Origin: Phoronis australis
Lineage: Eukaryota > Animalia > Phoronida
Direction: 5' to 3'
Assembly (NCBI GenBank): GCA_002633005.1
Contig: NMRA01000005.1
Location: 1,223,601 to 1,287,600, forward strand
DNA length: 64,000 nucleotides
The notes beneath the pieces were generated by a model. It ran no database searches. It had not been told where the DNA came from and saw only the letters and a program-made list of their open reading frames with translations. A program made the translations under genes and the position numbers. Positions 27,051 through 40,176 of the stretch are shown here, piece by piece; the first letter of the stretch is position 1, and each line of letters opens with the position of its first letter.

Positions 27051-28047
27051 GTAAGTGATTTACTAAATGTGTGCTCAGCAGGATTAGGCCTTCATCCAAA
27101 CACAGTCTCATTGAATACCATATCCTTTTTCCTTGATATACTAGGTAGACTACAATTGCACCTTCTTGTCCACAATGTTAGGGAAGGACACTTGCCCCAT
27201 AGTTATACACTGTTGCAGCACTAATGACTGGTTTGTGTTATGATTAATTGGCCATTTGTCATTCTGGTGCCAATAAAGTTTCACTGTTGCTTTGTGAGTG
27301 GTAATGCAGACAACAGACATAAAAGATTCTAAAGGTTGAGTTATGCCTGATAGGTCTTTTTTCATTTGTCAGATTCAGCACAAAAGTGTATTAGTGACAC
27401 ATGTGTCGAAAACTGGGTCAGTCGCACAATGCGCTTTTTCTACCTCCACAAAAAAGATGAGTTGAATCTGGGATGTGGCAATTGTCCAAATGTCGATAGC
27501 CGCGAGTGTGCACCTATTGTTTAGCTTATGATTTTTGTGTGCCTTGTACTGAAGCGAATGTTGCTCAATTCAGAAAATAGAGAATGCTATTGCATCTCAA
27601 AGGTTTCGGAAACAATATAGCGCATTGTACCAGGTGGTTGAAATATTCAGTGGAGATTCTTAAGTTCAAACTGTGTAATGTTGAACCACCTCTCGTAGGA
27701 TGTCGGAAATCACACCCAGGTGTTACCGTCAGATTTATTTGGGTGGGCTGTGAAGAAGATTGTTTAATTTTAGACAAAGCGTTGTCAGCATGGTGTGTTG
27801 TATTGCTGAGAGAACGTTTGGCACACGTAATTTCATTTTGTCCAAAAATCGCTTTTAAGAAAATTTCAGTTGTTAAGCATGGTCTGTTACTTGGAGCTAT
27901 GATCAGACAATGAAATTTTGTGAGCCTTTGAAGCGATGTAAAGAATCCTTTGAAAAACAAGAAAATGGCAAGTCTAGGAATTAAAGAATTTAGTCTTACT
28001 CATTTTTTTAGTAAATGTTTGGTTACATTTGTACTCAAATAAAAACC

Positions 28048-28204
28048 CATAGGCGAATCCAGGTGGTCAAGGGGGTCCGCACCCCCTTTTCCCCTCAATT
28101 TTAGTGATATTAAATCTCAAATTTTCAAATTGTTGACATGGACCCTCTTTTTTAAAAAATCCTTTATGCAAACCCCCTTTTAAAAATTCCTGAATCTGCC
28201 CCTG
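28048..28204. mobile_element. Small hAT-like MITE with 5-bp TSD
   Basis: CATAGGCGAATCCAGG...CCTGAATCTGCCCCTG flanked by AAACC on both sides. Confidence 0.6.
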
Positions 28205-28885
28205 AAACCATACTGTGTTAGTAACCAAGTTAAATTTTCTTAATATTTATTTTCCCCGTAAGGTTTGTGAAGCAAAATTCGTACCATTGTCATATTGGGA
28301 TGCGTATTGAAACGAGATTATTGGAGATCTGTGCGTACTTGAATCCTGGAGTCCAATAGGATGCATCTTTCATATGTAGCGCAGAATACATGGGTGTGTC
28401 GACTTACTCAAATTCATGATGAAGTACGGATAAACATGTCCTTCTTTAATTCACAATCCTACGCGCTGTGTTTATTAATTCATAAGTCTGTTTTTGTAGC
28501 GTAGCTTGCACATTTGTGTAGGAGTCGGACAAACCTTTTATTTTTGCAAAGTTTGTCTAGATTTTTATTGCGTGCTACTTTTTCGCCTATAAAGCATGCC
28601 ATAAAACAACACTTAATAAAGTTTCCATCATGTGTGGCAACGAAATGGGCCGTTGAGAAATAGACAAAGGGTAATTTTGGCAATGATTTATATTAGAAAG
28701 AAGTGAAGTGCAAAACATTCTTGTTTGGTGCTTTTCGTCGCTAGGCTACAGTTGTCATGTCTCAGGCATGTTATTAACATGATGCATTTTTAGAATATGG
28801 TAAATTGTTGCTCGACTTCCTGATGTTGGCAATGTCGACTTTTTTGTTCAGTGCAGTGTCATTGATAGATGATTCCATTGTGTAA

Positions 28886-29047
28886 AACCATAAATTCTCG
28901 GGTTAATGCCCATGCCAGGGTAATTGCCGTTCCCCAACTTTTTATCAATTTTCGGTTTAAGGGCTCACTACCTGAGTAATTGCCCACTCCCTGTCTCTGG
29001 GTTTCCCAATTTAAGTGCCCAGGGCATTAACTCACGAGTTTATGGTA
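28886..29047. mobile_element. ~160-bp miniature with family B-type ends
   Basis: ACCATAAATTCTCGGGTTAATGCCC ... GGGCATTAACTCACGAGTTTATGG-TA. Confidence 0.65.
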
Positions 29048-29217
29048 AATTTGTTGAACCTGCTTTGTGGTGGCAGACATAGTCATTATGATTTGTATAA
29101 CTCATGGTTAATTGGAGTACTTGTAAAAGTTCGCTCATGCAGATCCCCCCAGAGTCTTACTATGTTGCATACAATTTTGTACAATTGTGGGTGAAATAGA
29201 GATGTGTTCCTAAGTAG

Positions 29218-29472
<255 letters not shown>

Positions 29473-31104
29473 TGAACGTCAATGCTTGTTATTCTCAAGC
29501 CGTAGCTTGTTGGCTTCTTAAAGAGGCCTGGAATGCCATAAACAGATTACATTGCAATATTGAAAGTGGTTCTTCGCCACTGAAACAAAATTCAATCTAC
29601 TCACCAGGTATTTTTAGGGTTTATATGCAAATATTTTTAATTTCTGTTCATATCAAAGCATTTCCTTTTAGTTTCAAAATTCAATAAAAACAACTGCCCG
29701 CCAGAATACAAGGCATGGTATGGCAAGAACTAAACGCAGAACATTTCCCTTATATGGCAAATGTGACCTTTGACCTCAAACGACTTCAAGCAACTAACTG
29801 AGCGAATGCACGCATTTATCATAAGTGGGAGTGAGATTAAAAACTCTGTGGTAACCACACGGTTTTTCCTTCGTGCGTATTGAAAAAAAACGTGAATTTT
29901 GTGATTTTTCTGGAAATTTCCTCACAGGCGAAAGAGAATAAGTCTATAAGTTGCGAGATAGTACTTTCGTCAGGAATTATTAAAAAGATACTTGACGAAC
30001 TTTCACGTTCCATGCGTCTTTTAAGTTTCCGTTTTCCAGATAATAACTGTGTTTGGACGTAAAAATGTTGCCACACCTTTCTGTCTTAGACGCAGTCTTG
30101 TTTCAAAGCCAGCAGCGTTTTTTTGCTTCTTTTATTTCTCATTATTTTTCTCAGTCCCTGAGCATGTAAGACTACCACAGTTAAGTGTATTAAATGTGCT
30201 TTTGATTAGTTCTTATTCAATTACGCCCAAGTGGCAGCTGGCTTTTAGCAAGAACGGGGAGTCTCCCAGGGAAAAAATTACGTTGACTGTAGCCACCTGA
30301 AATTAGATTTTGATTGAACAGTGACTGCTGAGATTTAATGTGCTTTTCAACAAGGGGAACCACTGTCCTGTTGTGGTTAAGACCAATTTCCGGCAAAAAT
30401 AATTGCCAAAATTGCGATTTTCGTATTTTTCATTGTCTTTTAACGTCGTCATAGTTTTGTCCAAATATTGTCTGTTAATGGCAATGTTGCAGAACTTGGA
30501 ACATGTTGGAAGACTATTCTGGTGTAGCAGATTTTAACTGAAAGAATTAGTAAATAAAATTTCACCTGTGCTCCAAAACTAGTGATATTGTACCGTGTAA
30601 CTATCAATATTATGATATTATGCAGCAAGGCTTGGAAAGTGCTGAGAGGCCGAAAGTTATTAAAATTGCATCAAAATAGAGGCGCTCACAGTCTGTACGC
30701 ATCGTCTTTTACTAATAATTGAATCAAATGACACGGAAACATGGCCTCTGGGAATGGTGCTGTCACTACTGTGATGGTGATGAAAGTCATGCTATCGTAG
30801 GCACAAGCACACATTCATTCTCATTACGGAGACAAAGACGGTCTCGCCACCTGGGGTCTTTTTCTCAAGGAGTCTGTTGTCCTCTGACTTAGGCTACGCT
30901 GCCCAAAGACTTTAGACAATTTCACGAAATCAGGCTTTGGCTAAACGTCGGAAAATCTTTCCACAACTCCAAACCAAAAGACAGACATCTGTAGCGTGCT
31001 CGGGAGCCAAAGCCATCAGGCAAGAAATTAGGCTTTGGCTATAGAGTCTTCATGAAACTGAACCCTAGCTTACGGTTTTAACATTGTAAACTAGTGGGAT
31101 TTGA

Positions 31105-31335
<231 letters not shown>

Positions 31336-32263
31336 TAAGAACCACATACACATTGCCACCAAAGAGGGCTGTGTTCTATAGTCCTTTAATGCTCGCGAGA
31401 AAAGCTTGTGTGATCGTGTACTCACATGGCGATATCTTGCGCAGACTTGCGTGGTCTTGCGTTGTCGCGAGTTTCTTTGCGCAACCTGTGTCTCAACAAG
31501 GGGTTTGTCTCGAAAAATTATCACAGTTTTGAATTGGTTATCTCAACCTTCAATAAGCACTCTGTGTTATAAGAGGTCATGAAGTGCCTATTTCTTATCA
31601 GTAGATGAATGTGTTTATCAGTGAATGAATGGTATTAAATTCTAATCTATGGTTTCTGGTGTATACCTGGTTAACTTAAGATTAGAAGTCTCAAAGTTAA
31701 AGTGTCTAATTGTAATTTGTATAAATAATGTATGATGTTTGCTTTACACACAAGAACGAAGTTCGGATTAATGAAAATTTGATTCAGTTTTCATTTACAA
31801 CACTGCGAATACAATTTGATCAACAAACCTTTTAAACTGTTCAGCGTTCTAGTGTTTCTGATGCTGAACTTACTAACTTACTAACTCAGAACTGTTTATT
31901 TGTCATGAAAAGTGTTTATCCTCTTGTTTTCACAACTTAAAACAACAATAAATGTGCATTCCTTAAAAAAGTAATTTTTATTATTTACGCACTTATTACT
32001 ATAAAGTTTGTCTCAACGTGTTTGTGTGAGAAGTGACTTTTGGTCGTGAGACCATGGTTGATGCATTAAAGTGGGACGCTACACACGATTTTACCATTTT
32101 TGATGTTATTTAACGAAAATTTGAAAAATCAGCGTGGTGTCCCATCTTAAATGAAACGACATGATGAGCCAACCTGGAGAGAACCTAGTCTCGAATAACA
32201 ACAAACTGCCTGTTCTTTGGAAGCCCTGAAATCACCTTGGTAACGGTAAATGGTCTAAATAAA

Positions 32264-32498
32264 AAGATGGGTTTTGTGATGTAAGGTGGGTTTTGTGATG
32301 TAAAGTGGGTTCTGTGACGGAAGGTGGGTTCTGTGACGGAAGGTGGGTTCTGTGACGGAAGGTGGGTTCTGTGACGTAAGGTGGGTTCTGTGATGGAAGG
32401 TGAGTTCTGTGACGGAAGGTGAGTTCTGTGACGGAAGGTGGGCTCTGTGACGGAAGGTGGGCTCTGTGACGGAAGGTGGGCTCTGTGACGGAAGGTGG
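32264..32498. repeat. 19-bp minisatellite, ~12 copies
   Basis: Unit AAGGTGGGTTCTGTGACGG; ends about 70 nt upstream of the CAMK1 acceptor at 32571. Confidence 0.95.
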
Positions 32499-32571
32499 AT
32501 TTATCGACACTTTAAATTAGCTGAAAAGAGCCACTTGAACATTACCGTTCTTTCTCTTTTTGTCTCACTAG

Positions 32572-32647
32572 CTCCAGAGGTGCTCAGGCGACAGACCTAT
32601 GGCAAAGAAGTCGACGTCTGGTCGATAGGTGTCATCTCCTACATTCT
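32572..32647 (+). CDS. CAMK1: CaMKI coding exon (APE, subdomain IX)
   Basis: cactag|CT CCA GAG..., [26 protein letters not shown], ends CT|gtaagt; 76 nt. Confidence 0.95.
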
Positions 32648-33339
32648 GTAAGTAGGTCAATGGTCACGATGTTCATGGAAACTAAATTTATGTTAAAAAC
32701 CCGACGATCACCAGACAAAAAAGAACCAGCATGCTATTGATTCTCAGAACAAGGTGCAGAGCTCAGTGACCCTGCAACTATGGTGATGACCAGCTACTGA
32801 CTATATTCCCTGTATCTCTCACTTCACTTCATGGATGTTACTTGAATTGTATGTTGGCGCTTGCTGTCCTTTGTAAATATGAGCCTGGTGATGTCTAATG
32901 AATAGACGAAACGTTGATTGAACATGAAATTTTTGTGTTTTTGCGGCGATCGGTTTTTAATCTTACTGTGGCCAATAACTGATTTGATTAAATTTATGTT
33001 ATTCTGAATTGAGTTCTCACGAGTGCATAAATCATGTTATGAGAATAATAATATGGTTCACAAATCACCTGTTTATTTGGATTTTGAGAATGATTCCAGA
33101 CCACCTGTGGTGACCACTTTGTCGTATTGACGAGGGTTTTGTGTAATCTGCGTTGACTTGATGATAGATGCTCGTAGTCATCTCTCCGAATTTCTAATCA
33201 ACTCGTCTCGCCAATTCCCAAAGGTTAGAGCCACAAACCGCCTAGTCATAACTATCATGCTTATCACTTGACCCACAGCATAAGTGGATAATATCCTATT
33301 TATAATAGCTGTTAGTTGCAGTCTCTGACATCCTCGTGA

Positions 33340-33606
<267 letters not shown>

Positions 33607-34639
33607 TGAGTGGAAGTAGCTGGTCGGTGGGGGGGAGTCCTTTTTTTATGAAAATGGAATCTCACTTCGTGATATGTGTGTGTTCATGATTCATAGTTCA
33701 TCAAAGTTATGTGAGTTAGGGTACTCTAGTTTTGTACAATGTACGCTACTTAGTAACGGGTATCGAATACCAAATTGAAAATGGCAATATTTGTAATGTT
33801 TTTTTTGCCTACAAATCTTAGTTTTCATCTTTACTTAGTATTCCAATTTGTACCCCAGTCCTTTGCACATGGTCCCATTTTGATCCCTGTAAGTGATTAC
33901 ACCGCACGGTCCAAGTTCACGCAGTCTTCAGGTTGGACGCAGTTTGACCCACAAATGGAAATAAATGATGTCTAGATTTAATGAATTCTCCGTGAGTGCT
34001 TTCGCTTCTGCTAGTCGTGTGCTGGTCAGACTATTGGAGGTGAGCTATATTGGGCTTTTAAAAGCATTATTTGTTACGGACCGTAATTCAACACTCCATG
34101 CATGCTTACAATCTGTTGACTATGGCAGCCATTTTGTTAGTATTTGGTAAGTCCTTTGAGCACGAAATTAAAAATTAGAGTGCAAGTAAACAAAGACATG
34201 TTGATGATGTTTTGAATTATTCACTTTAAACCATTCTCAAAGCAAAAGTTCACATTATTCAATCAGGTGACACAGGTGGAGAACAGACTGTACAGGTGCA
34301 TGCAATGTGAGGGGAGAGGTCAGAAATCAAAACAGTTGGAGCTCAAGTGAACCAATGTTTCTGTTGAGAATGCGCTCAACATGGGTCAACTGTATATGCG
34401 TAGCCTCCTTTATGAGGAGCCTGAGAGTGACATTATCCTTGTCTAGGATCTGAACACCAGAGTAATCTATAGTGTGACCAGTGGTCAATGAATGTTACTT
34501 TGGTCTCCAGAAAGACAATAACTTGGATGAATGGATCCATAACTGGACGTCCAAGCACTGTTGAGATTCTCAATCAAACATGTTTTTGCTTATCTCGTCC
34601 CACAATCTGCTTGTCTGAAAATAACTGAAATCACTGTAG

Positions 34640-35103
<464 letters not shown>

Positions 35104-35108
<5 letters not shown>

Positions 35109-35189
35109 ACTACGCGTGCAAGGCTGCTCGTGCAACACTACGCGTGCAAGGCTGCTCGTGCAAGAGTATGAGTGCAAGACTACGCGTGC
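35104..35189. repeat. 14-bp tandem repeat, ~6 copies
   Basis: GCAAGACTACGCGT and GCAAGGCTGCTCGT variants alternate. Confidence 0.85.
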
Positions 35190-35807
35190 CCGCGTATACT
35201 CTTATGCATGCGTCGCTTAACCTTGACTAAAAACAAGTGATTAGGCGAGAGTTGGTTCGTCTGAGATGCAATGTAGTTCCTATGTGGTGCTCAATTTCAC
35301 ATGTGAAATTTCATGAAATTAACGTTATTGGGTAGAAATTTTTGAAAACTCACTTTTGTATCTGAGCTTTCAACGTTAGAGAAGTGGATGATTAGTCAGC
35401 CAGACATGCGTGTTGTTACGGTGATGAGACACCTCTCTCACTAGAACAGGAAATTGTTATGGCAGCGCCCATGCCAGGCTCACAAGACAGGTCATTGGCT
35501 GCATGCTCTAGCATGGAAACTGAAGAACTACTTTGTGCCCAGTTTTTAGTGCTGGCTGTTAGTAACATGGGGAGATAACTCTGTCTATGTCTGAAGTCAT
35601 GTTTCCTTATACAGTAATTTTTTTATGGAACCCGTAAGTGCATTTGACTTCGTGCAAGATTTTGTGATTGGACAATCGTGCTTTACACTGTAAGCAAATG
35701 TGGATTATGTGTTACGAAGACAGTTTGTGAGAAAATTGTAAATGACAGAAATGGTCGACTTATTTTCAGTGTCTTATGCACTCACATGATTTCATTTTGT
35801 TTTCCAG

Positions 35808-35873
35808 CAAGCTTACAATGCCACAGCAGTTATCCGGCAGATGAGGAAGTTGGCCATGAACAAAGACCAGTAG
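35808..35873 (+). CDS. CAMK1: CaMKI terminal coding exon (CaM-binding helix, stop)
   Basis: ttccag|QAYNATAVIRQMRKLAMNKDQ-TAG. Confidence 0.92.
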   Translation, partial: QAYNATAVIRQMRKLAMNKDQ

Positions 35874-37612
35874 CGCAGCAGACGGTTACACGAGTCATGT
35901 TCATGTGACCTGTAGCAGACGGAAGCACGTCAGAGGCGGTGAATGCAGTTTATGACGATGAGCAAAAGTAATTAATCATTTTCTGGAAGAAAGGAATATC
36001 GTTTCCCACATCTCATTGAGACTGTGATGGGGGAAATGGAGTGCATCAACTCGAATTTGTACCGAGGAGAAAAGACGAGACGTCCGTAACTCAGGGACTA
36101 GATCGCTTTTAGTACTAGAGTCCTCGGAGTTCGCAAGTCTACACTGAGAAAAGCTTGGAAATTTCAAACCTTGCAAACAAGATCTACCTAGAGTAGAGGG
36201 AGATAATTCTGAGGACATACAGTTGTTGTACTGCGGAAGAAACGTTTTTGGTGCAATGCTAAATGTACATAAATTAACTGGTGTTGCCACGGTTTGTCCA
36301 ACCCTCAACTGTTTATTGTTTCATTATGAAGTAATGTTTGTCTTAAACTAAACCTGTTGATTGATTGGAAAGTTCTGTTATGAATGGCCGTACATTATTT
36401 GTTCTGTGTATAAATTTCTGTTTCCGTTTCGTTTCATTCAAAAATAAAATCACCCAACTTTTTAAATCTGCCAGTGGTCATTTGTTCTCAGCCGTTAAAG
36501 GTATTTGTGAAGTTGTGAAACTGGCGTTGAAGCACGATTTTGTTTTTTGAATTCCAAGCTTTTGTCATATACTTTGCCATTGACTTAGAGAAAGTTTTCA
36601 TTTATCAAAGGATGTTTTTATATTGAATTCATGGGGTTTAATCGTGATGCCATACCACCATGGAGCAAATGGGTTTTACAAAGCCCTGCTAGTGGATTTT
36701 TTTGCTGGTGGAATTGTTGCCCATTTGATCTGTATTTGATCATATTTCTTTATAGTTTTGCTGCATCAAGTGTGTATTCCTAGTAATTCACTTTCAATGC
36801 AGTCAATGTTTGCTCACATATTGAGTGCTCCATTTCAAGTTGAGACGGCTCCTCAAATTTATCGGAGCCAGCTGAAAAACTAACATAACACTACTATGTT
36901 CTGTCTTGGTGTCTTTTGGTGATAAATGTTACGTGAATTTGTCTTTTTTGAAAATGAACTTTATTGTTGCAGTTCTTGTACACATCATTTTGTAACTGTT
37001 TTCTTATTTTTGTGATCCGCTCCAGTACTGAAACAAAACTTGAACCAAAATTGATTTTTTGCATATATTTGAATAATTCTAGTGTGAATTATGCATAATG
37101 ATTGCAGTATGCAGCCACTCCATCTGTGGTCACAATCTGTTGACTATGATGTCAGTCTGAAAATTCGTATCCAGACAAGGGATTCAAGCTGGTAACCCCT
37201 GGTAATCGTGAATTATGCATTCTACATTTCAATAAAATTTGTACTAGGATACTACAATGATAATTTTTACAATTTGATTTAATTTGATTTCCAAGTCACT
37301 ATGTGGAAGTTGAATAATGGTCTGTTGGGTTTTGTTACCAGTACTGTCGTGATACAGTTGTCTTGTTTTCATGAAGCTATGTCAAAGGTATTAAAGGAAA
37401 TCGGTTTTGTCAAGTTTTTTTCTGTCATTGCCTGCTGTGCTGAGAACAAATGAAATTGCAAGTCGTCTTATATAGTTTTCGATAACTTATCAATTGGTCG
37501 TAAGTATTTGTGCAATTTGACATTGTGTGAAAATTGGGAATCAAAATATGGTATTGATAATATTGACACTTGTGGAGTACTGTAGCAAAGTGCTTCCGTG
37601 CTTCTTTCATCT

Positions 37613-37670
37613 TGTTTACATGTCTGTTTACATGTCTGTTTACATGTCTGTTTACATGTCTGTTTACATG
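37613..37670. repeat. 12-bp tandem repeat (TGTTTACATGTC) x ~5
   Basis: Directly visible, downstream of the CAMK1 stop. Confidence 0.9.
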
Positions 37671-38075
37671 CTATTTTTCTCGACTCCACATGAAGGAGCT
37701 GTGTAGCGTCATTTTCTCCAAGACCTTGATTCATTACAACCATACTGTAGAGCAAAGCTTCTTTACTTATGTACAAAAACTAATTAAAAGTTTTTCTTGT
37801 GAAGTTAGCTGGCATCTGAATATTTCACGTATATGACATGTTGAAAAATTTGCCCCCACATTTTTGTAAATCTAGCATTGTTCAAAATTTAAGAATTACT
37901 TAGGAGGATTCTTATGGTCTCTCTTGAAAAAAAACTTTTTGAAATTGCAGAGGTTTGATTGTTAGTTTAATCATTTCCAATGTACAGAACCTTGATGGGT
38001 TCTTTCAGCAAAGTTTCTGGATTTTGTGTAGTCTTAGCTAGTCACATAGGCATAGTTATGTTTTATTGTAAATTA

Positions 38076-39537
38076 TTTTTATGCGCCCACATATTTATAT
38101 GTGGACGCATTATGCCGTCATCTCCGTTCGTCCGTCCGGGCGGCGTCCGTCCGGCATCCGCTGCCTTATCTCCAAAACCCTTTGACATACGTTCATGAAA
38201 TTAGGCACATATGTTCCATTCATTAATGGGACAGCATGTGCGAACTTTCGGATGGATCTGACTACCGGTGTGCCCCCTAGTGGCAATTTTAGTTTTTTAC
38301 GCTTACCTTTGTATCTTCAAAAGTCCTGAACGGATTTTCATGAAATTTGGTATGTAGGCACCTATTAGTTAGATGACGCTATCCTCCCGTTTTCAGATGG
38401 ATTCAACATAGTTTGCGCCACCTAGTGACCATTTTTACTGTTTTTGAGTCCGTATTTTTGCGTCCACCCCTCTATCAACCAAACCGCTCAAAGGATGATT
38501 GTGAAAATTGGCGTGTATGTGCTTACTATAAAGAGGACAGCTGACAATGATTTTCAGACGATTTGGACTACTGTGGCGCCTCCCAGTGGCAGTTTTTTTT
38601 GCGCCTATGACTGTATCTCCTAAACCGTTTGCAGGATCTTTACGAAATAAGTGTATTTATATGATGTTAACAACAGACGATGACGACTTTTGGACGGATC
38701 CGCCTACCAGTGTGCCCCCTAGTGGCAATTTTTACGTTTACCTCTGTATCTTCACAAGTCTTTACGGGATTTTCATGAAATTTGGTATGTAGGCACCTAT
38801 TAGTGCCATGACGCTATCCCAACGTTTTCGGATGGATTCGACCTAGTTTGTGACACCCAGTGGCCATTTTTACTGTTTTTGGGTCTGTTTTTTGGCGTCC
38901 ACCCCTCTATCAACCAAACCGCTCTAAGTATGATTGTGAAATTTGGCATGTATGTTCTTAATATGAAGAGGACGGTTGACGCTGAATTTCCCATGACTTT
39001 GATTACTGTGGCGCCTCCTAGTGGCTGTATCTCCCAAACCGTTTGCAGGATCTATACTAAATTTAGCAAGTGTATTTATGTGATGTTGACAACGGACGAT
39101 GACGACTCTAGGATGATTCTGACTACCGGTATGCCTCTAGTGGCAATTTTAGTATTTTACATTGACCTCTGTATTTTCATAGGTCTTCAGGTGTATACTT
39201 TGTGTTACTTTGTGACTATGAAGGAAAAGTTCCAAATTTGTTTCTGGCATTCTAATGCTGTGCTAATCTCGTATGTTGGTAAATTTGTTTTTAATTCTAT
39301 TTTTCTGTGGTGCTTTAAGCAACTGATGTATAGGTTGTGCTTGTATTATGAAGATCACTCACATTTTGCCCCTAGCCTATTGAGGAGACAATAACCATGC
39401 CTTTCCATTTTGCAAAGTACAACATACTACATATATGCCCTCTACTGGCCACTTTATGGTACCAATAAATAACCCTAGAAGGATACCGTATACGGTGCAA
39501 TTGTGGGCGCATTTCAACGCTCTGCGTTGCTCTTGTT
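38076..39537 (+). mobile_element. Helentron-associated / DINE-1-type non-autonomous element (HINE)
   Basis: 5' TTTTT-ATGCGCCCAC subTIR with adjacent inverted copy, (GTCC)n microsatellite, ~420-440-bp internal tandem repeats, 3' subTIR GTGGGCGCAT (39503-39512), short hairpin CAACGC-TCT-GCGTTG and a terminal CTTGTT. Confidence 0.75.
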
Positions 39538-40029
39538 AATATAGTCAGGTCGGTCATTTATGTTTTTATGACGGACTGTTTTCCATTTTTGAACTGTTTG
39601 AGATTTAATTGGTCAGGTTTATTCCGATTTTGTAAGCACATTTCGAAAGGCGTGTCCAAAAATAAATTGCCGAGCTGGAGTTTTCAGGCACTGTTTAGTA
39701 ACCCAACTTTTTGTAGCTAGAGAGAGACTAATCTTGTTTCTGTTTTGGTTAATTGGCAGGATTTTTATCAGCTAAAATTTCATAACTATTTACATAATGC
39801 ATCCTCTTATGTCTGAAAAGCAATTTTTTTCCATACAATTTTAGAGGTATTACAACTCTTGGGAAAAGCTTTGATTGTAAGCCACATATAGTGACGGGCC
39901 TCATTCCAAACCCAAATGATATGGGAGTGTTTTAGTTCTTGTCATATGTGCTTTCTGTATTTCTTCTGCTGCCACATTCGTTGCCACAATCTCAATTTAC
40001 TTTTTTTTGCCTTTTAACTTGAGTATTAC

Positions 40030-40176
40030 CAGGGGCAGATCCAGGATTTTTAGTTAGGAAGCAGGGTAGAGTATTAGCCAGGATTTTGCTTGTCGGACAT
40101 TCGCACCCCTGAACTGCTAAACGGAATCTGGAAGTTTTAGGGGGGGGGCCTTGGCCCGCTTCTAAATGTGCCACTG
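40030..40176. mobile_element. Small hAT-like MITE
   Basis: CAGGGGCAGATCCAGG...TAAATGTGCCACTG flanked by ATTAC/ATTAT. Confidence 0.55.

Noticed and set aside
32232-32510. Repetitive ORFs on the minus strand (also 34801-35034, 37468-37836, 11573-12003)
   Set aside because: Translations of minisatellite or low-complexity DNA; no splice context or protein motif.
35871-35918. Stop-codon readthrough of CAMK1 TAG-C giving RSRRLHESCSCDL*
   Set aside because: Short, the last four residues (SCDL) are not a CaaX box, and no conservation evidence is available.
38879-39394. 171-aa ORF
   Set aside because: Lies in the internal repeats of the HINE element; the paralogous repeat unit does not keep the frame.
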